Source: Chiloscyllium plagiosum
Taxonomy: Eukaryota
Direction: 5' to 3'
Length of the DNA stretch: 64,000 nt
Assembly (NCBI RefSeq): GCF_004010195.1
Contig: NC_057719.1
Coordinates: 78,152,359 to 78,216,358 of the forward strand
Part shown: one piece after another, positions 12,073-25,135 of the stretch
How positions within the stretch are numbered: the stretch's first letter is position 1
Layout of the letters: each line of letters begins with the position of its first letter
The notes under the pieces: model-generated
Seen by the model: the letters and a program-made list of their open reading frames with translations, nothing else
The model's database searches: none
Told to the model about the DNA's origin: nothing
Position numbers and translations under genes: made by a program

Positions 12073-14200
12073 TCAACTTGGTCACTTCGTCAAAGAACTC
12101 TATTAAGTTGGTAAGGCATGATCTCCCCTGCACAAAAGCATGTTGTCTATCACTGATAAGCCCATTCTTTTCTAAATATAAATAGATCTTATCCCTCAGT
12201 GCCTTCTCCAGCAACTTTCTCACCACTGACGTCAGGTTCACTGGTCTATAATTACTCAGAATATCCCTACTACCCTTCTTGTACAGGGGGACAACATGAG
12301 CAACCTTCCAGTCCTCTGGTATCTCACCTGTATTTAAGGATGCCACAAAGATATCTATTAGGGCCTCAGCTGTTTCAGCTCTCGCCTCCCTCAGCAACCT
12401 GGGATAGATCCCATCTGGTCCTGGGGATTTGTCTACCTTAATAATCTCTAGCCTTGCCAACACATCTTCCCTACTTATGTCAACATGATCCAGACTAATC
12501 AAAATTCTATTTCTAATCTCAACATTCATCATGTTCCTCTCCTCAGTGAACACTGATGCAAAGTAATCATTCAGAATCTTACCCATTCTCTCAGGTTCAA
12601 CACACAGCCTTCCTTCATTATTCTTTAGTGAACCTATCTTTTCTCTAGTTACCCACTTGCTTTTTATATAAGAATAAAATGCTCTGGGATTCTCCTTAAT
12701 TCTGTTTACTAAAGCTATTTCATGACCCCTTTTAGCCCGCCTGATTCCTCATTTACTACTTGTCCTACTCTTTCGATATTCCTCCAGGGCCCGCTCTGTT
12801 CTTAGCTACCTCGACCTTATGTACGCTTCCCTTTTCCTCTTGGCTAGTCGTACGATTTCTCCTGTCATCCACGGTTCACAAATCTTGCCTTTATCCTTTG
12901 CTTTCAACGGGACATGTCTATCCTGCACTATCTTTAACCTATCTTTGAAAGCCTCCCACATATCAAATGTGGACTTCCCTTCAAATAGCTGTGTCCAATC
13001 CACATTTCCCAGCTCCTGCCTAATTTTGATATAATTGACCTTGGCCCAGTTTAGTACTCTTCCCTTAGGACCACTCTCATCTTTTTCTACGAGTATTCTA
13101 AAACTTACAGAATTGTGGTCACTGTTCCCAAAGAAATCCCCCACTGCAACTTCCACCACCTGGCCTGGCTCATTCCCCAGTACCAGGTCCAATATGGCCA
13201 CTTCCCTTGTCGGACTATTGACATACTGCTCGAGAAAACTCTCCTGGATGTTTCTTACAAATTCTACCCCATCTAGCCTTCTGATGCTAAGTGTATCCCA
13301 GTCAATGTTGGGAAAGTTAAAATCTCCCATCACCATTACCCTATTGCCTCTACATCTTTCCATAATCTGCTTACCTATTTGTTCTTCTACCTCACGCTCA
13401 CTGTTGGGAGGCCTGTAATACAGCCCCAACAATGTAACTGCACCCTTCTTATTTCTCAGCTCTACCCATAATGCCTCACTACCCAAGCCCTCCATAATGT
13501 CCTCCTTTAGCACAGCCGTGATATCATCCCTGATCAGCAGTGCAACTCCCAGCCCCCTTTACTTCCCTCCCTGTCCTGTCTGGAGCCTCTATATCCTGGA
13601 ACATTTAATTGCCAATCATGCCCTATGTTCAACCAAGTCTCTATGATTGCAATAATGTCATACTCCCTGGCACTAATCCAAGCCCTAAGTTTATCTGCCT
13701 TACACACTATACTCCTTGCATTAAAGTAGATGCATTTCAGGCCACCAGTTCTTTTGCGTTCATCTGCTTTCTGCCTACTCTTCCCCTATTAATGTTATCT
13801 TCATGAGTCTTACTGTCTCCAGTTTCCACCTTGCTGTCTACTTGTCTTCTCTTCTGGTTCCCAGCCCCCTGCCACATTAGTTTAAAACCTCCCCAACAGC
13901 AGTAGCACAAACTCCCCCAAGGACATTACTTCCGGTCTGGTTCAGGTGTAGACTATCCATTTTGTAATAGTCCCACCTTCCCCAGAACCGGTCCCAATGT
14001 CCAACAAATCTGAACCATTTCCTTCTACACCATCCCTCAAGCCATGTGTTCATCCAGCCTATTTTTTCAGTTTTACGCTGGCTAGCACGTGGCACTGGTA
14101 ATAATCCCGAGATCACTACCTTTGAGGTTCTCCTCTTTATCTTCTCTCCTAGCTTCCGGAATTCTTCTTTCAGGATCTCATCTCATTTGTTACTTATATC
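12073..14200 (-). mobile_element. CR1 LINE: ORF1 C-terminus, ORF2 endonuclease and RT N-terminus
   Basis: ORFs 13877-14116 (ISGLLPVP...DSLHLN), 12806-13513 (YYRPPN, GDFNFP, SDHNSV) and 12044-12586 (KSPGPDGIYP, NYRPVNLTS, SCLTNLIEFF). Confidence 0.95.
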
Positions 14201-14209
14201 GTTGGCGCT

Positions 14210-14420
14210 TATATGGATTGGGAATTTGAATTGGGAAGAGAGGAATCCAGTTGTTGTCATACACGTTGGCATCAGTGACATTGATATGACTAGATTTGAG
14301 GTTCTGCTGGAAGAATTTGTACAATTAGGTCTTAAGGTTAAAAAGCAGAACAGCCTAGTTAATAAGCCGGGCTTATTACCGACTAACTGGCATAGGATAA
14401 ACAAAGGCACGAGGTAAAGA
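14210..14420 (+). mobile_element. Old CR1 ORF1 fragment (continues at about 15546 after the Rex1 insertion)
   Basis: WEERNPVVVIHVGISDI; resumes as LKDWCRR..FQFMG at 15546. Confidence 0.65.
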
Positions 14421-15545
14421 CTAGAGTAGCATTTTCTTTGTTAGCTCTAACATATACAACAGATACAGTAAAAACGAGAGAACGTTCCTCCAGGACAAGG
14501 GTGCTACATGGACAGCACAGACTACTCACTCATACATGGCATAAAGCGCATAAGAAGTGCAAAACACGCAAGTTACAGTGTAAGAGAAGAATGATAAATA
14601 ATAGAACATTTCTACCAGCAATTCAAAGTCATGCAAAGTATTCCACATAGGAAAGAGTCTGATCATACTGTGTTAAGGAGCCTGATGTCTTGGAGGAAGA
14701 AACTGTTGCACAGTCTGGCCATGAGAGACTGAATGCTCCGGCATCTTCTGCCAGATAGCAGGAGGGAGAAGAGTTCGAGTGAGGGGTGTGTGGGGTTTTC
14801 CGCAATGCTGTTAGCCTTTCGGAAGCAGCATAATGATGTAAATGTCTGTAATGGAGGGAAGATACACCCCAACGATCTTCTCAGCTGTCCTCACTATCTG
14901 TTGTAGGATCTTTCGTTCTGAGACGGTGCAATTCCCGAACCAGGCAGTGATGCAGCTGCTCAGGGTACTCTCAATGAACCCTCTGTAGAATGTGGTGATG
15001 ATGGGGGATGGGAAGTGGGCTTTCCTCAGTCTATTAAGAAAGTAGAGACGCTGCTGGGCTTTCTTAGCTATGGAGCTGGTGCTAAGGGACCAGGTGAGAT
15101 TCTCCACCAGATGTACGCCAAGAAATCTGGTGCTTTTCATGATCTCCATGGGGTAGCCATCAATGTCCAGCGGAGAGTGGTCGCTCCGTGCCCTCCTGAA
15201 GTCAACAAACGTCTCTTTCGTCTTGTCCACATTCACAGACAGGTTGGTGGCTCTGCACAACTTCATTAGCCGCTGCTCCTATTCTCTGTATGCTGATTCA
15301 TCATTCGTGCTGATGAGACCCATTATCGCCGTGACATCAGCAAACTTGATGTGATTTGACCTGTGTATCGCTGCACAGTCATGTGTCAGCAAGGTGAACA
15401 GCAGTGGACTGAGTACACAGCCCTGGGGACCCCCGTGCTCAGTGTTGGAGATGCGTTCCCAATCTGGACTGACTGGGGTCTCCCAGTCAGGAAGTCCTGG
15501 ATCTAGTTACAAAGGGAGATATTTAGGCCCAAGAGACTCAGCTTA
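14421..15545 (-). mobile_element. Rex1/Babar-clade LINE, 3' part
   Basis: ORF 14811-15266: NLSVNVDKTKE..VDFRR, RFLGVH, KKAQQRLYFL, IESTLSSCITAWFGNC; PQGCVLSPLLF(T)L near 15425-15390; 3' UTR follows. Confidence 0.9.
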
Positions 15546-16370
15546 ATGAAGCAGTTGAAAGATTGGTGTAGGAGGATTAAGTTTCAGTTCATGGGCACAC
15601 TACCAGTTCTGTGGTTGAAGGGAGCTGCTTCAACGCTTCCCTTGAATTACGCTGGAACTACTCTCCTGCTGAATCAAGTCACTAAGGTTGTAAAGAGGGT
15701 TTCAATCGAAACAGAAGTAGGGGTTGGGGGGGTGGAGGGAAGAAGGGACACATACACTTAGAGATCAGTCATTATTTATAAAGAATATAATAGCAGAAAA
15801 AATTACAAATAAATAATATAATCAAGCAGAGTCAGCATGGCTTCAATGAAGAGGAAATTTATGAGAATTCTTTGAGGTTACAAGCAGGACAGTTAAAGGA
15901 GAAGTACTGAATGTAATATACATGGAGTTTCAGAAGGCATTTGATAAGTTACCACACATTAGGCTATTTAATAAGATAAATGCCTGATGGTGCTGGTGGT
16001 TTTATATTAGAATGGATAGAGGATTAGCCAACTTGTGGAAGACAGCATTGGGATAAAGAGTTGAGAGCGTGGTGCTGGAAAAGTACAACAGGTCAGGCAG
16101 CATCTGAGAGGCGGGAGAATCTAAGACCAGGAGGCATAATCTCAGATGAGAAGCAATTTCTTTTCTCAGACAGCAGTGAATCTGTGGAATTCTTTAAGGG
16201 TTGGGCCATTAAATATATTAAAGGTTGAGACAGACAGATTTTTAATCAGTAAGGGATTTAAAAGCTATGGGGCAGGAAAGCAGAATTGAGGATTATTAGA
16301 AAAGCCATGAGTAAAGCAGGTTTGATGGGCTGAATGGCCTACATTTGCTCCTACATTTTATAGTCTTAAG
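15546..16370 (+). mobile_element. Heavily deleted old CR1 copy with a small Penelope-derived insert at about 16060-16121
   Basis: QSQHGF, FQKAFDKLPH and 3' end gatgggctgaatggcctac; insert gtggtgctggaaaagtacaacaggtcaggcagcatc. Confidence 0.7.
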
Positions 16371-17539
16371 AGCTTGTCACCATGTGATTGGATTCAGGCA
16401 GCCACATGCATCACATTCCAGGTTCCCAATGTCAAGTAGGCACATCCATCAATGGGAGGACAAAATTCAGCCCAGTGTATTAGGTGATGAATTGAGCAAG
16501 ACTGACCAGTATTATAACATCATGTGAAACTTCCAACATGAGGTATCCCAAATTAGTCATTTTGTGAAAATAAATGGACAACACTGGAAACAGATGCCTA
16601 TGATTTGATTGTACTGTACTAAAGGACAAAATAGCTTCAACAAACAGGATTCAGCAAGAAATCCCAAGGCAGTAACACGGATTCCTGAAAAATAATTTTT
16701 GACTGGTTTTCAAAGCATTAATGTATCCAGTAATAATAGATTAAACAATGGATCAATTACTTTGATGCAGCAGCTGGGAAGTGGGTTACCAATAACTAAA
16801 TGTAGCAATTGACACTGACTACAGTTTGTACAAGCTAAGGTGACTAAGGTGAGTTTCCCAAAGACGTTGACACCAGCTCTTATGCTGCACTCATAACATA
16901 CAGTCTATAATGCCTCCCTCCTACAAGAAAATGAATCTAACACATCTCCTCCCTCGGAGGTTGACCAGCAGATTTGATCATTCCCATCTCTGTCCTACAT
17001 ACATCCTTCGTCACAGTTTAGTTGTCCTCCTATTTCAAATACACAATGTGTCATCTGTTTTAATGCTCCTCAGTATAAAAACCTTGGCTGTCTTGGCTTT
17101 GATGGCTTCTTCAGACCCACTATCTGAGACTGGGCTTCCTGCACAAGTACATAACCCCACCATCCTTCAACCTGCAGCCCCATTCCTCTGCCAACAGCCC
17201 TTATATCCATTTTATTTTGCCAATCTGGAGATGTGCTCTTGAATCTTTCCCTATTCATTGGTCTCCAGCACTGGTCAGATTCTTTTCTCATCCACCACAG
17301 GTCAGAGGTGCCCTTGACTGGATCCTTTATCCTTGTCTGCAATGCCCTGCCCACAGATGCCTCTTTCGTTTACCCCTATGATGTTGCAATCCAAAGGTAA
17401 AAGAAATAATCAGAACTTGAAGGGTTGCAATGGAGAGGAGAGCAGTCACACCGACGGAAGGGAGAAAGTTAAGAACGAGAAGAAGGTAGAAACAAGGAGA
17501 ACAGCACAAGTGGAAAAAGAGAAGACATACCGTTACAGG

Positions 17540-18915
17540 TAAGGTGCCGGAGGACCGGAGGATGGCTAATATTTTGCCTTTATCTAAGAAAGACTGCAAG
17601 GATAAGCCTGGGAACTCTAGACCAGAGAGTCTGACATCATCAATGGGTAAGTTGTTGAAGGGGATTCTGAGAAACAGGATTTACATGCATTTGGAGAGGC
17701 AAGAGCAGTTTAGGGATAGTCAGCATGGCTTTGTGCCTGGGAAATCATGTCTCACAAATTTGATTGAGTTTTTTGTGGATGTTACCAAGAAGATAGATGA
17801 GGGCAAAGTGGTAGACATTGTCTGTATAGACTTTAGCAAGGCCTTTGACAAGGTTCTGGTTAGTAAAGTTAGATCACATGGGGTTAGGGAGAGTTTGCCA
17901 ATTGGATATAAAATTAGGACGGTAGGAGACAGAAGGTGGCGGTGGAGGGTTACTTTCTGGACTGGAGGCCTGTCACCAGTGGTACTCTACTGTTTTTCTC
18001 ATGCATATCCCAGATTTGGATGGGAATATAAGAAGCATGGTTAGTAAGTTTGCAGATGACACCAAAATCGGTGGTGTCGTAGACAGTGAGGAAGCTTATC
18101 TAAGATTACAAAAGGATTTTGATCAATTGGGCCAATAGGCTGAGGAGTGGCAGATAGAGTTTAATTTGGATAAATGTGAGGTGTTGCATTTTGGTAAGGC
18201 TTACATAGTTAATGGTCGGGTCCTGGGGAGTGTTATAGAACAGAGACCTAAGGGTTCAGGAACATAGTTCATTGGAAATTGCATCATTGTAGACAAAGTG
18301 GTAAAGAAGGTGTTTGGCATGCTTGCTTTCATTGCTCAGACTACTGAGTATAGGAGTTGGGATGTCATGTTACAGTTGTACAGGATATTGAGGCCACCTT
18401 TGGAGTATTGTGTACAGTTCTAGTCACCCTGCTATAGGAAGGATATTATTAAATTGGAGAGGGTGCAGAAAAGATTTGCAAGAACGTTACTGGGACTGGA
18501 GGGTTTGATTTATAAGGAGAGGTGGGATAAGCTGGGACTTTTTCCACTGGAGTGTAGGAGATTGAGGGGTGACATTGTAGATGTTTTTAAAATCATGAGG
18601 GGCATAGATAAAGTAAATAGCAAAGTTCTTTCTCCTGGTGTTGGTGAGTTCAAAACTAGAGGCATAATTTGAAAGTGAGAGGAGAAAGATTTAAAAGGGA
18701 CCTGAGGGTCAACCTTTTCACAGAGCGTGGTCTGTATGTGGAATGAATTGCCAGAGGAAGTGGTAGACGTAGGTACAGTTACAGCATTTAACAGATATTT
18801 GGACAGATACATGAATAGGAAAGGTTTGGCGACATATGGGCCAAACACAGGCAACTGGGACTAGCTTAATTTGGGAAACTTGGGTGGCGTGGACAAGTTG
18901 TGATGTATGACTCTG
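17540..18915 (+). mobile_element. CR1/HER1 LINE, RT and 3' end
   Basis: ORF 17544-18044 (DSQHGF, SCLTNLIEFF, DFSKAFDKV), KFADDTK at about 18047, ERVQKRF, 3' tail tatgactct. Confidence 0.95.
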
Positions 18916-19705
18916 AGAGAAGAATGAATAAGTTTAAAAAGGCATATACTTCAAAATGACAAACACAAATAAAGAACAACTTTATCAACTCACTTTGAGT
19001 AGCTCGACAGGAGGCACATTCTGCAGACAGATGTATTTCACAACCTCACCCAAGATGTACTCTCTGTCTTCTGCCATTTTCCTCACTCCATGACTTCCTG
19101 ATAGATGCTAATGTAATGATTTGCAATCTTGAATTCTCAGAAATCACCAGTTTAGCACTTTGTATCACAAGTGGGTAGATGTGAGCAGAGACTGCCTATC
19201 TATTAAAGCTGCAAGCCTCTGCAGAGAATTTTCCACTGAACTGCTACACAAATTTTTAAAAAAACTTCAAAGCTTTCTATGAGTGAGTATACCAGAAATG
19301 GAAACATTAATCACAGTCCTGTCCCTCACATATTGAAGCTGGGTAATGGAAAACCGTTCAAGATTTCCACAAGGGAGACTAGCTGGAGATTTGTGAGTGA
19401 TGCGAAATCACTCATACATAAGATTTCATGATATTGTGAAATCACGATGAGTCAAATTCAGATGACACAAAACTCTGGATTAGTCCTACCAATGGAATAG
19501 CAAATGCCACGCAGGTGATGAACTGCAATTTCACAAAGGTAACTCCAGATTAGTCAAATAATCATACAACTGCACCAACCATTCAGATTGAAGTTAAACC
19601 AAACAAGAGCATGAAATCAAGTACAGGGCAAAAACCATCAATTGATAGGAAGGTCTCCCAGGGAAATGATGCAGAATATCTGAAGAAGGCAAGAAAGGTT
19701 ATGAC

Positions 19706-19985
19706 TTAGATTACTTACAGTGTGGAAACAGGCCCTTCGGCCCAACAAATCCACACTGACCCTCCGAAGAACAACCCACCCAGACCCATTCCCCTACACC
19801 TAACACTATGGGTAATTTAGCATGGCCAATTCACCTAACCTGCACATTTTTGGACTGTGGGAGGAAACCCACGTACATACAGGGAGAATGTGCAAACTCC
19901 ACACAGCCAGTTGCCTGAGGCAGGAATTGAACCCGGGTCTCTAATGCTGTGAGGCAGCAGTGCTAACCACTGTGCCACCGTGCCA
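19706..19985 (-). mobile_element. HE1-like SINE, full length
   Basis: Antisense A/B boxes (gctaaccactgtgccaccgtgcc; gaattgaaccc) and V-core. Confidence 0.9.
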
Positions 19986-20169
19986 TTATGACCAAAGCCA
20001 CAATTGTCAATTGCTTCTCTGCTCTTTCAAACAGGTCATGATGCATCAAACTGACAAGAATGAAGAGGAGCATGGTAAGGCCAACTGACCAGGTAATAAA
20101 GCTCACCTGCAGAGTGTCAGTGGTGACAACTTTGGAAACATACGCCATGGTGGACAACACCGGAGATAT

Positions 20170-21422
20170 CAACGAGGTAAACACACGTATGGGCCCCAGC
20201 TATGCCTGTCTCTTTGTTGGCTACATAGAACAGTTGATCTTCCGTAATTACACGGGCACCACTCCCCACCTCTTCCTCCGCTACATTGATGACTGCATTG
20301 GCACCACCTCGTGCTCCCGCGAGGAGGTTGAGCAATTCATCAACTTCACCAACACATTCCACCCTGACCTTAAATTTACCTGGACCATCTCTGACACCTC
20401 CCTCCCCCTCCTGGACCTCTCCATCTCCATCAGTGACGACCGACTTGACACTGACATTTTCTACAAACCCACCGACTCCCACAGCTACCTGGATTACACC
20501 TCTTCCCACCCTACCTCTTGCAAAAATGCCATCCCATATTCCCAATTCCTCNNNNNNNNNNNNNNNNNNNNNNNNNNNNNNNNNNNNNNNNNNNNNNNNN
20601 NNNNNNNNNNNNNNNNNNNNNNNNNNNNNNNNNNNNNNNNNNNNNNNNNNNNNNNNNNNNNNNNNNNNNNNNNNNNNNNNNNNNNNNNNNNNNNNNNNNN
20701 NNNNNNNNNNNNNNNNNNNNNNNNNNNNNNNNNNNNNNNNNNNNNNNNNNNNNNNNNNNNNNNNNNNNNNNNNNNNNNNNNNNNNNNNNNNNNNNNNNNN
20801 NNNNNNNNNTAGTATCATTTATTGTATCCGTTGCTCCTGATGCGGTCTCCTCTACATTGGGGAGACGGGGCGCTTCCTAGCAGAGCGCTTTAGGGAACAT
20901 CTCCGAGACACCCGCACCAATCAACCACATCGCCCAGTGGCTCAACATTTCAACTCCCCCTCCCACTCTGCGGAGGACATGGAGGTCCTGGGCCTCCTTC
21001 ACTGCCGCTCCCTCACCACCAGACGCCTGGAGGAAGAACGCCTCATCTTCCGCCTCGGAACACTTCAACTCCAGGGCATCAATGTGGACTTCAACAGCTT
21101 CCTCATTTCCTCTTCCCCCACCTTATCGTAGTTTCAAACTTCCAGTCCCCTTGATTTGTCCGGACTTGTCCGACCTGCCTAACTCCTTTTCCACCTATCC
21201 ACTCCACCCTCTCCTCCCTGACCTATCACCTTCATCTCCTCCCCCACTCACCTATTGTACTCTATGCTACTTTCTCCCCACCCCCACCCTCCTCTAGCTT
21301 ATCTCTCCACGCTTCAGGCTCTCTGCCTTTATTCCTGATGAAGGGCTTTTGCCCGAAACGTCAATTTTGCTGAAGCTCCTCGATGCTGCCTGAACTGCTG
21401 TGCTCTTCCAGCACCATAGATC
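20170..21422 (+). mobile_element. Penelope-like element, 5'-truncated: RT C-terminal half, GIY-YIG endonuclease, 3' pseudo-LTR; 15-bp TSD
   Basis: MGPSYACLFVG...FLRYIDD...FYKPTD; IIYCIRCS*CGLLYIGETGR...HFNSPSH...EERLIFRLGTL. caacaccggagatat is repeated at 20155-20169 and 21423-21437. Confidence 0.92.
21331..21366 (+). ncRNA. Minimal type I hammerhead ribozyme motif in the Penelope 3' repeat
   Basis: AUUC CUGAUGA A GGGC-UUUU-GCCC GAAAC GUC: conserved CUGANGA and GAAA boxes, stem II, palindromic ACGU in place of stem III. Confidence 0.75.
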
Positions 21423-21512
21423 CAACACCGGAGATATACACACTGGTGGATGATATTGGAAATATACACAGTGATCGATGATGATGGAAATATACACAGT
21501 CATGGACAACAC
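21423..21512 (+). repeat. Degenerate 28-bp minisatellite (more units at about 20120-20169, left of the Penelope insertion)
   Basis: tatacaca recurs at 21435, 21463 and 21491 (period 28). Confidence 0.7.
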
Positions 21513-21715
21513 TATGCACTGCCCAACAAAATTGATGGATGAGACAGCTGCTGATACAATATGTCCTTCAAGTGGCTGGTGGATGAATACCCTCCCATTT
21601 GTCAACCTCTTCCTTCGGTCAGAACTTCAAAGGCTGAAGAAATGCACCAGGATTTACTGCAGCATGAAATCACCTGTCTGACTGCATTGATGATATAGCA
21701 GACTATACCACATTT

Positions 21716-22057
21716 GTAGGTGATGGCTAGTGGTATTCTCACTAAACTATTAATCCAGAGACACAGGTAATGCTTCTAGGAACCTGGGTTCACCATGGCA
21801 GATGGTGAAATTTGAATTCAATAATAATCTGGAATTAAGAATTTAATGATGACCATGAAACCATTGCCAATTGTTAGTGAAAATCCATCTGATTCACTAG
21901 GGAAGGAAATCTGTCATCCTTACCTGGTCTGGCCTATATGTGATTCCAGACCCATTGCAATGTGGTTGACTCTTAACTGCCCTCTGGGCAATTAGGGGTG
22001 GGCACTAAGCGCTATTCCAGCCAGCGATACCCACATCCCATGAATGAACAAAAAAAA
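21716..22057 (+). mobile_element. SacSINE1-like (DeuSINE superfamily) SINE
   Basis: tRNA-like head, core ggaaggaaatctgtcatccttacctggtctggcctatatgtgattccagaccc, tail gggcaattagggg...cccacatcccatgaatgaac(A)n. Family name is from recall. Confidence 0.7.
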
Positions 22058-23469
22058 ACTTATCTGAACACAGCATATTAAGCAGAACTTGATTACTGAA
22101 TTTTTCTGGAGTTAACTCCTGGAAGCCATTTTTTATAAGGTCATACCATTAGAAAGTATGAACAATTTGAATACTATAGACATTGTCCACACATTTACAG
22201 TTGTGTTTTCATTTGGCACTTTTTTTTATGTAGAGCACATTTGTAGATCAATTGGTTTACAAAGGGGCCTCCTCAGCTATTTCAAATCTCACAACATAAA
22301 TTTGCAGACAGATCCCCTGAGTTTTAACTTATCAGGATTTTATTAAGTTATATCTCTCTGATTTGCACCGCAGTGTAAATAGAACGGTATGTACTTTTGC
22401 TGATTCTGAATATGTGGGACAGGATGTAGGGATTGTCTTGTTTTCATTGGTAAGGTAACCCTAACATAGGACTGAAGATTATATAAATACTGATAACATG
22501 TAAGAGATAGGGAAGTGCGATTTCTGTGCAAAGTTCAATGCACTGTCCTGTAGATAACATTATTATTATTTTTCCTTCTTATGAATACTTGACTCCAAAT
22601 GTAATTATTATGAAGACAAATTTATTGGATTAAAGCCTCCTCTTATTTGGATTTTACTGATTTTCTTCTCCTCACTCCAGTTCAACAAATTACAGGATTT
22701 ATCACAGGGACGTGAATGTACAACCTGGCTGGGATTATGAGATGCAACATTAATTCGAATTGAAAAGGGAACTGAGCTTCACAATCCCTTGTGATTTGAT
22801 ACTGGGGTGCCCTTGAAGGAATAACTGGGCTCATGTGAACCAGTGCCTGAGATATAACTAAAGATCAAGTGGGCAAGGTTACTAATCTCCAACTGAAACA
22901 CAAGTACATTACTTCAGGCAAATGCGAAACTGTAATTTTCACCTGATCCTATAACATGGGCTGATGTTTTCTTCTGTTAGTCACACAGGATGGACAATAT
23001 TATCCAGAGATGAAGCAGAAGAGTTCTGTAATGACTGGCCATGTGGGAACTGGCTGGACCTGGAACAGAAGCAGTGGTGCTCCTGAATGACAATCAGTTC
23101 AAATTCCAGAAGTGAAATGGAAGTGCCTTCCTGCCCAATGTAAGATAATTGATGATGGAATACATTCTGTTCTCCTAGACTTAACACATGAACCATGTAT
23201 CCTAGCAACGATCTCCTCATTTGAGACTCATCATTTCGACTTTGATGTGATGACCTGCTGTGAAGTGGAGATAATGAGCTCATGCATGACTGCATTTATT
23301 TTGATAAAATTGCAGTGGAACCTTGTCAACTCAAAAATGGAAGAAAAGAATCCTGAGAACTATCTAATACCTGCAGCAGAACTCCTCGTGCAAGCAGGAG
23401 TACCAAATCTAGAGTTACAAACACTTAATTAGTTTTTCAAGAGTTTGTGAATTTAGGACTGCGGATTAT

Positions 23470-25135
23470 TCATCGAGTCATAGTGCCGACCAGACATCCC
23501 AACCCAATCTAGTCGCACCTGCTAGCACCCAGCCCATATCCCTCCAAACCCTTCCTATTCATATACCCATCCAAACGCCTTTTAAATGTTGCAATTGTAC
23601 TAGCCTCCACCACTTCCTCTGGCAGTTCATTCCATACATGTACCACCCTCTGCGTGAAAAGGTTGCCTCTTAGATCTCTTTTATATCTTTCCCCTCTCAC
23701 CCTAAACCTATGCCCTCTAGTTCTGGACTCCCGACCTGAGGGAAAAGACTTTGTCTATTTATCCTATCCATGCCCCTCATGATTTTATAAACTTCGATAA
23801 GGTCACCCTTCGGCTTCCGATGTTCCAGGGAAAACAGCCCCAGCCTGTTCAGCCTCTCTCTGTAGCTCAAATCCTCCAACCCTGGCAACATCCTTGTAAA
23901 TCTTTTCTGAACTCTTTCAAGTTTCACAACATCTTTCTGATAGGACGCAGACCAGAATTGCATGCCAATATTCCAACAGTGGCCTAACCAATGTCCTGTA
24001 CAGCTGCAACATGACCTCCCAACTCCTGTACTCAATACTCTGACCAATAAAGGAAAGCATACCAAACGCCTTCTTCACTATCCTATCTACCTGCAACTCC
24101 ACTTTCAAGGAGCTATGAACCTGCAATCCAAGGTCTCTTTATTCAGCAACACTCCCTAAGACCTTACCATTAAGTGTATAAGTCCTGCTATGATTTGCTT
24201 TCCCAAAATGCAGCACCTCTCATTTATCTACTCCATCTGCCACTTCTCAGCCCATTTGCCCATCTAATCAAGATCCCATTGTAATCTGAGGTAACCTTCT
24301 TCGCTGTCCACTACACCTCCTATTTTGGTGTCATCAGCAAACCTACTAACTATACCTCTTATGCTCGCATCCAAATCATTTATGTAAATGATAAAAGTAG
24401 TGAACCCAGCACTGATCCTTGTGGCACTCCACTGGTCACAGGCTTCCAGTCTGAAAAACAACCCTTCACCACCACCCTCTGTCTTCTACCTTTGAGCCAG
24501 TTCTGTATCCAAATGGCGAGTTCTCCTAGTATTCCGTGAGATCTAACCTTGCTCACCAGTTTCCCATGGGGAACCTTGTCAAACGCCTTACTGAAGTCCA
24601 TATAGATCACATTTTCTACTCTGCCCTCATCAATCCTCTGTGTTACTTCTTCAAGAAACTCAATCAAGTTTGAGAGACATGATTTCCCACATATAAAGTC
24701 ATGTTGACTATCCCTAATCAGTCCTTGCCTTTCCAAATTCATGTACATCCTGTCCCTCAGAATTCCCTCCAACAACTTGCCCACCACCAACGTCAGGCTC
24801 ACTGGTCTATAGTTCCCTGGCTTGTACTTACCACCTTTCTTAAACATCGGCACCATGTTTGCCAACCTCCAGTCTTTCGGCACCTCACCTGCGACTATTG
24901 ATGATACAAATGTCTCAGCAGGAGGCCCAGCAATCACTTTTCTAGCTTCACACAGAGTTCTAGGGTACACCTGATCAGGTCCTTGGGATTTATCCACATT
25001 TATGCATTTCAAGGCATCCAGTGCTTCCTCCTCTGTAATATGGACATTTTTCAAGATGTCACCATCTATTTCCCTACATTCTATACCTTTCATGTCCTTT
25101 TCCACAGTTAGTACTGATGCAAAATACTCTTGTAG
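23470..25135 (-). mobile_element. CR1/HER1 LINE, RT and 3' end
   Basis: ORFs 24380-25105 (NYRPVSLT, DFSKAFDKVPH, SGVPQGSVLG), 24264-24461 (RFADDTK) and 23697-24065. Confidence 0.95.

Noticed and set aside
21423..21512. Regularly spaced repeats as a possible CRISPR array
   Set aside because: Contiguous degenerate 28-bp tandem units without unique spacers, in a vertebrate context with no cas genes.
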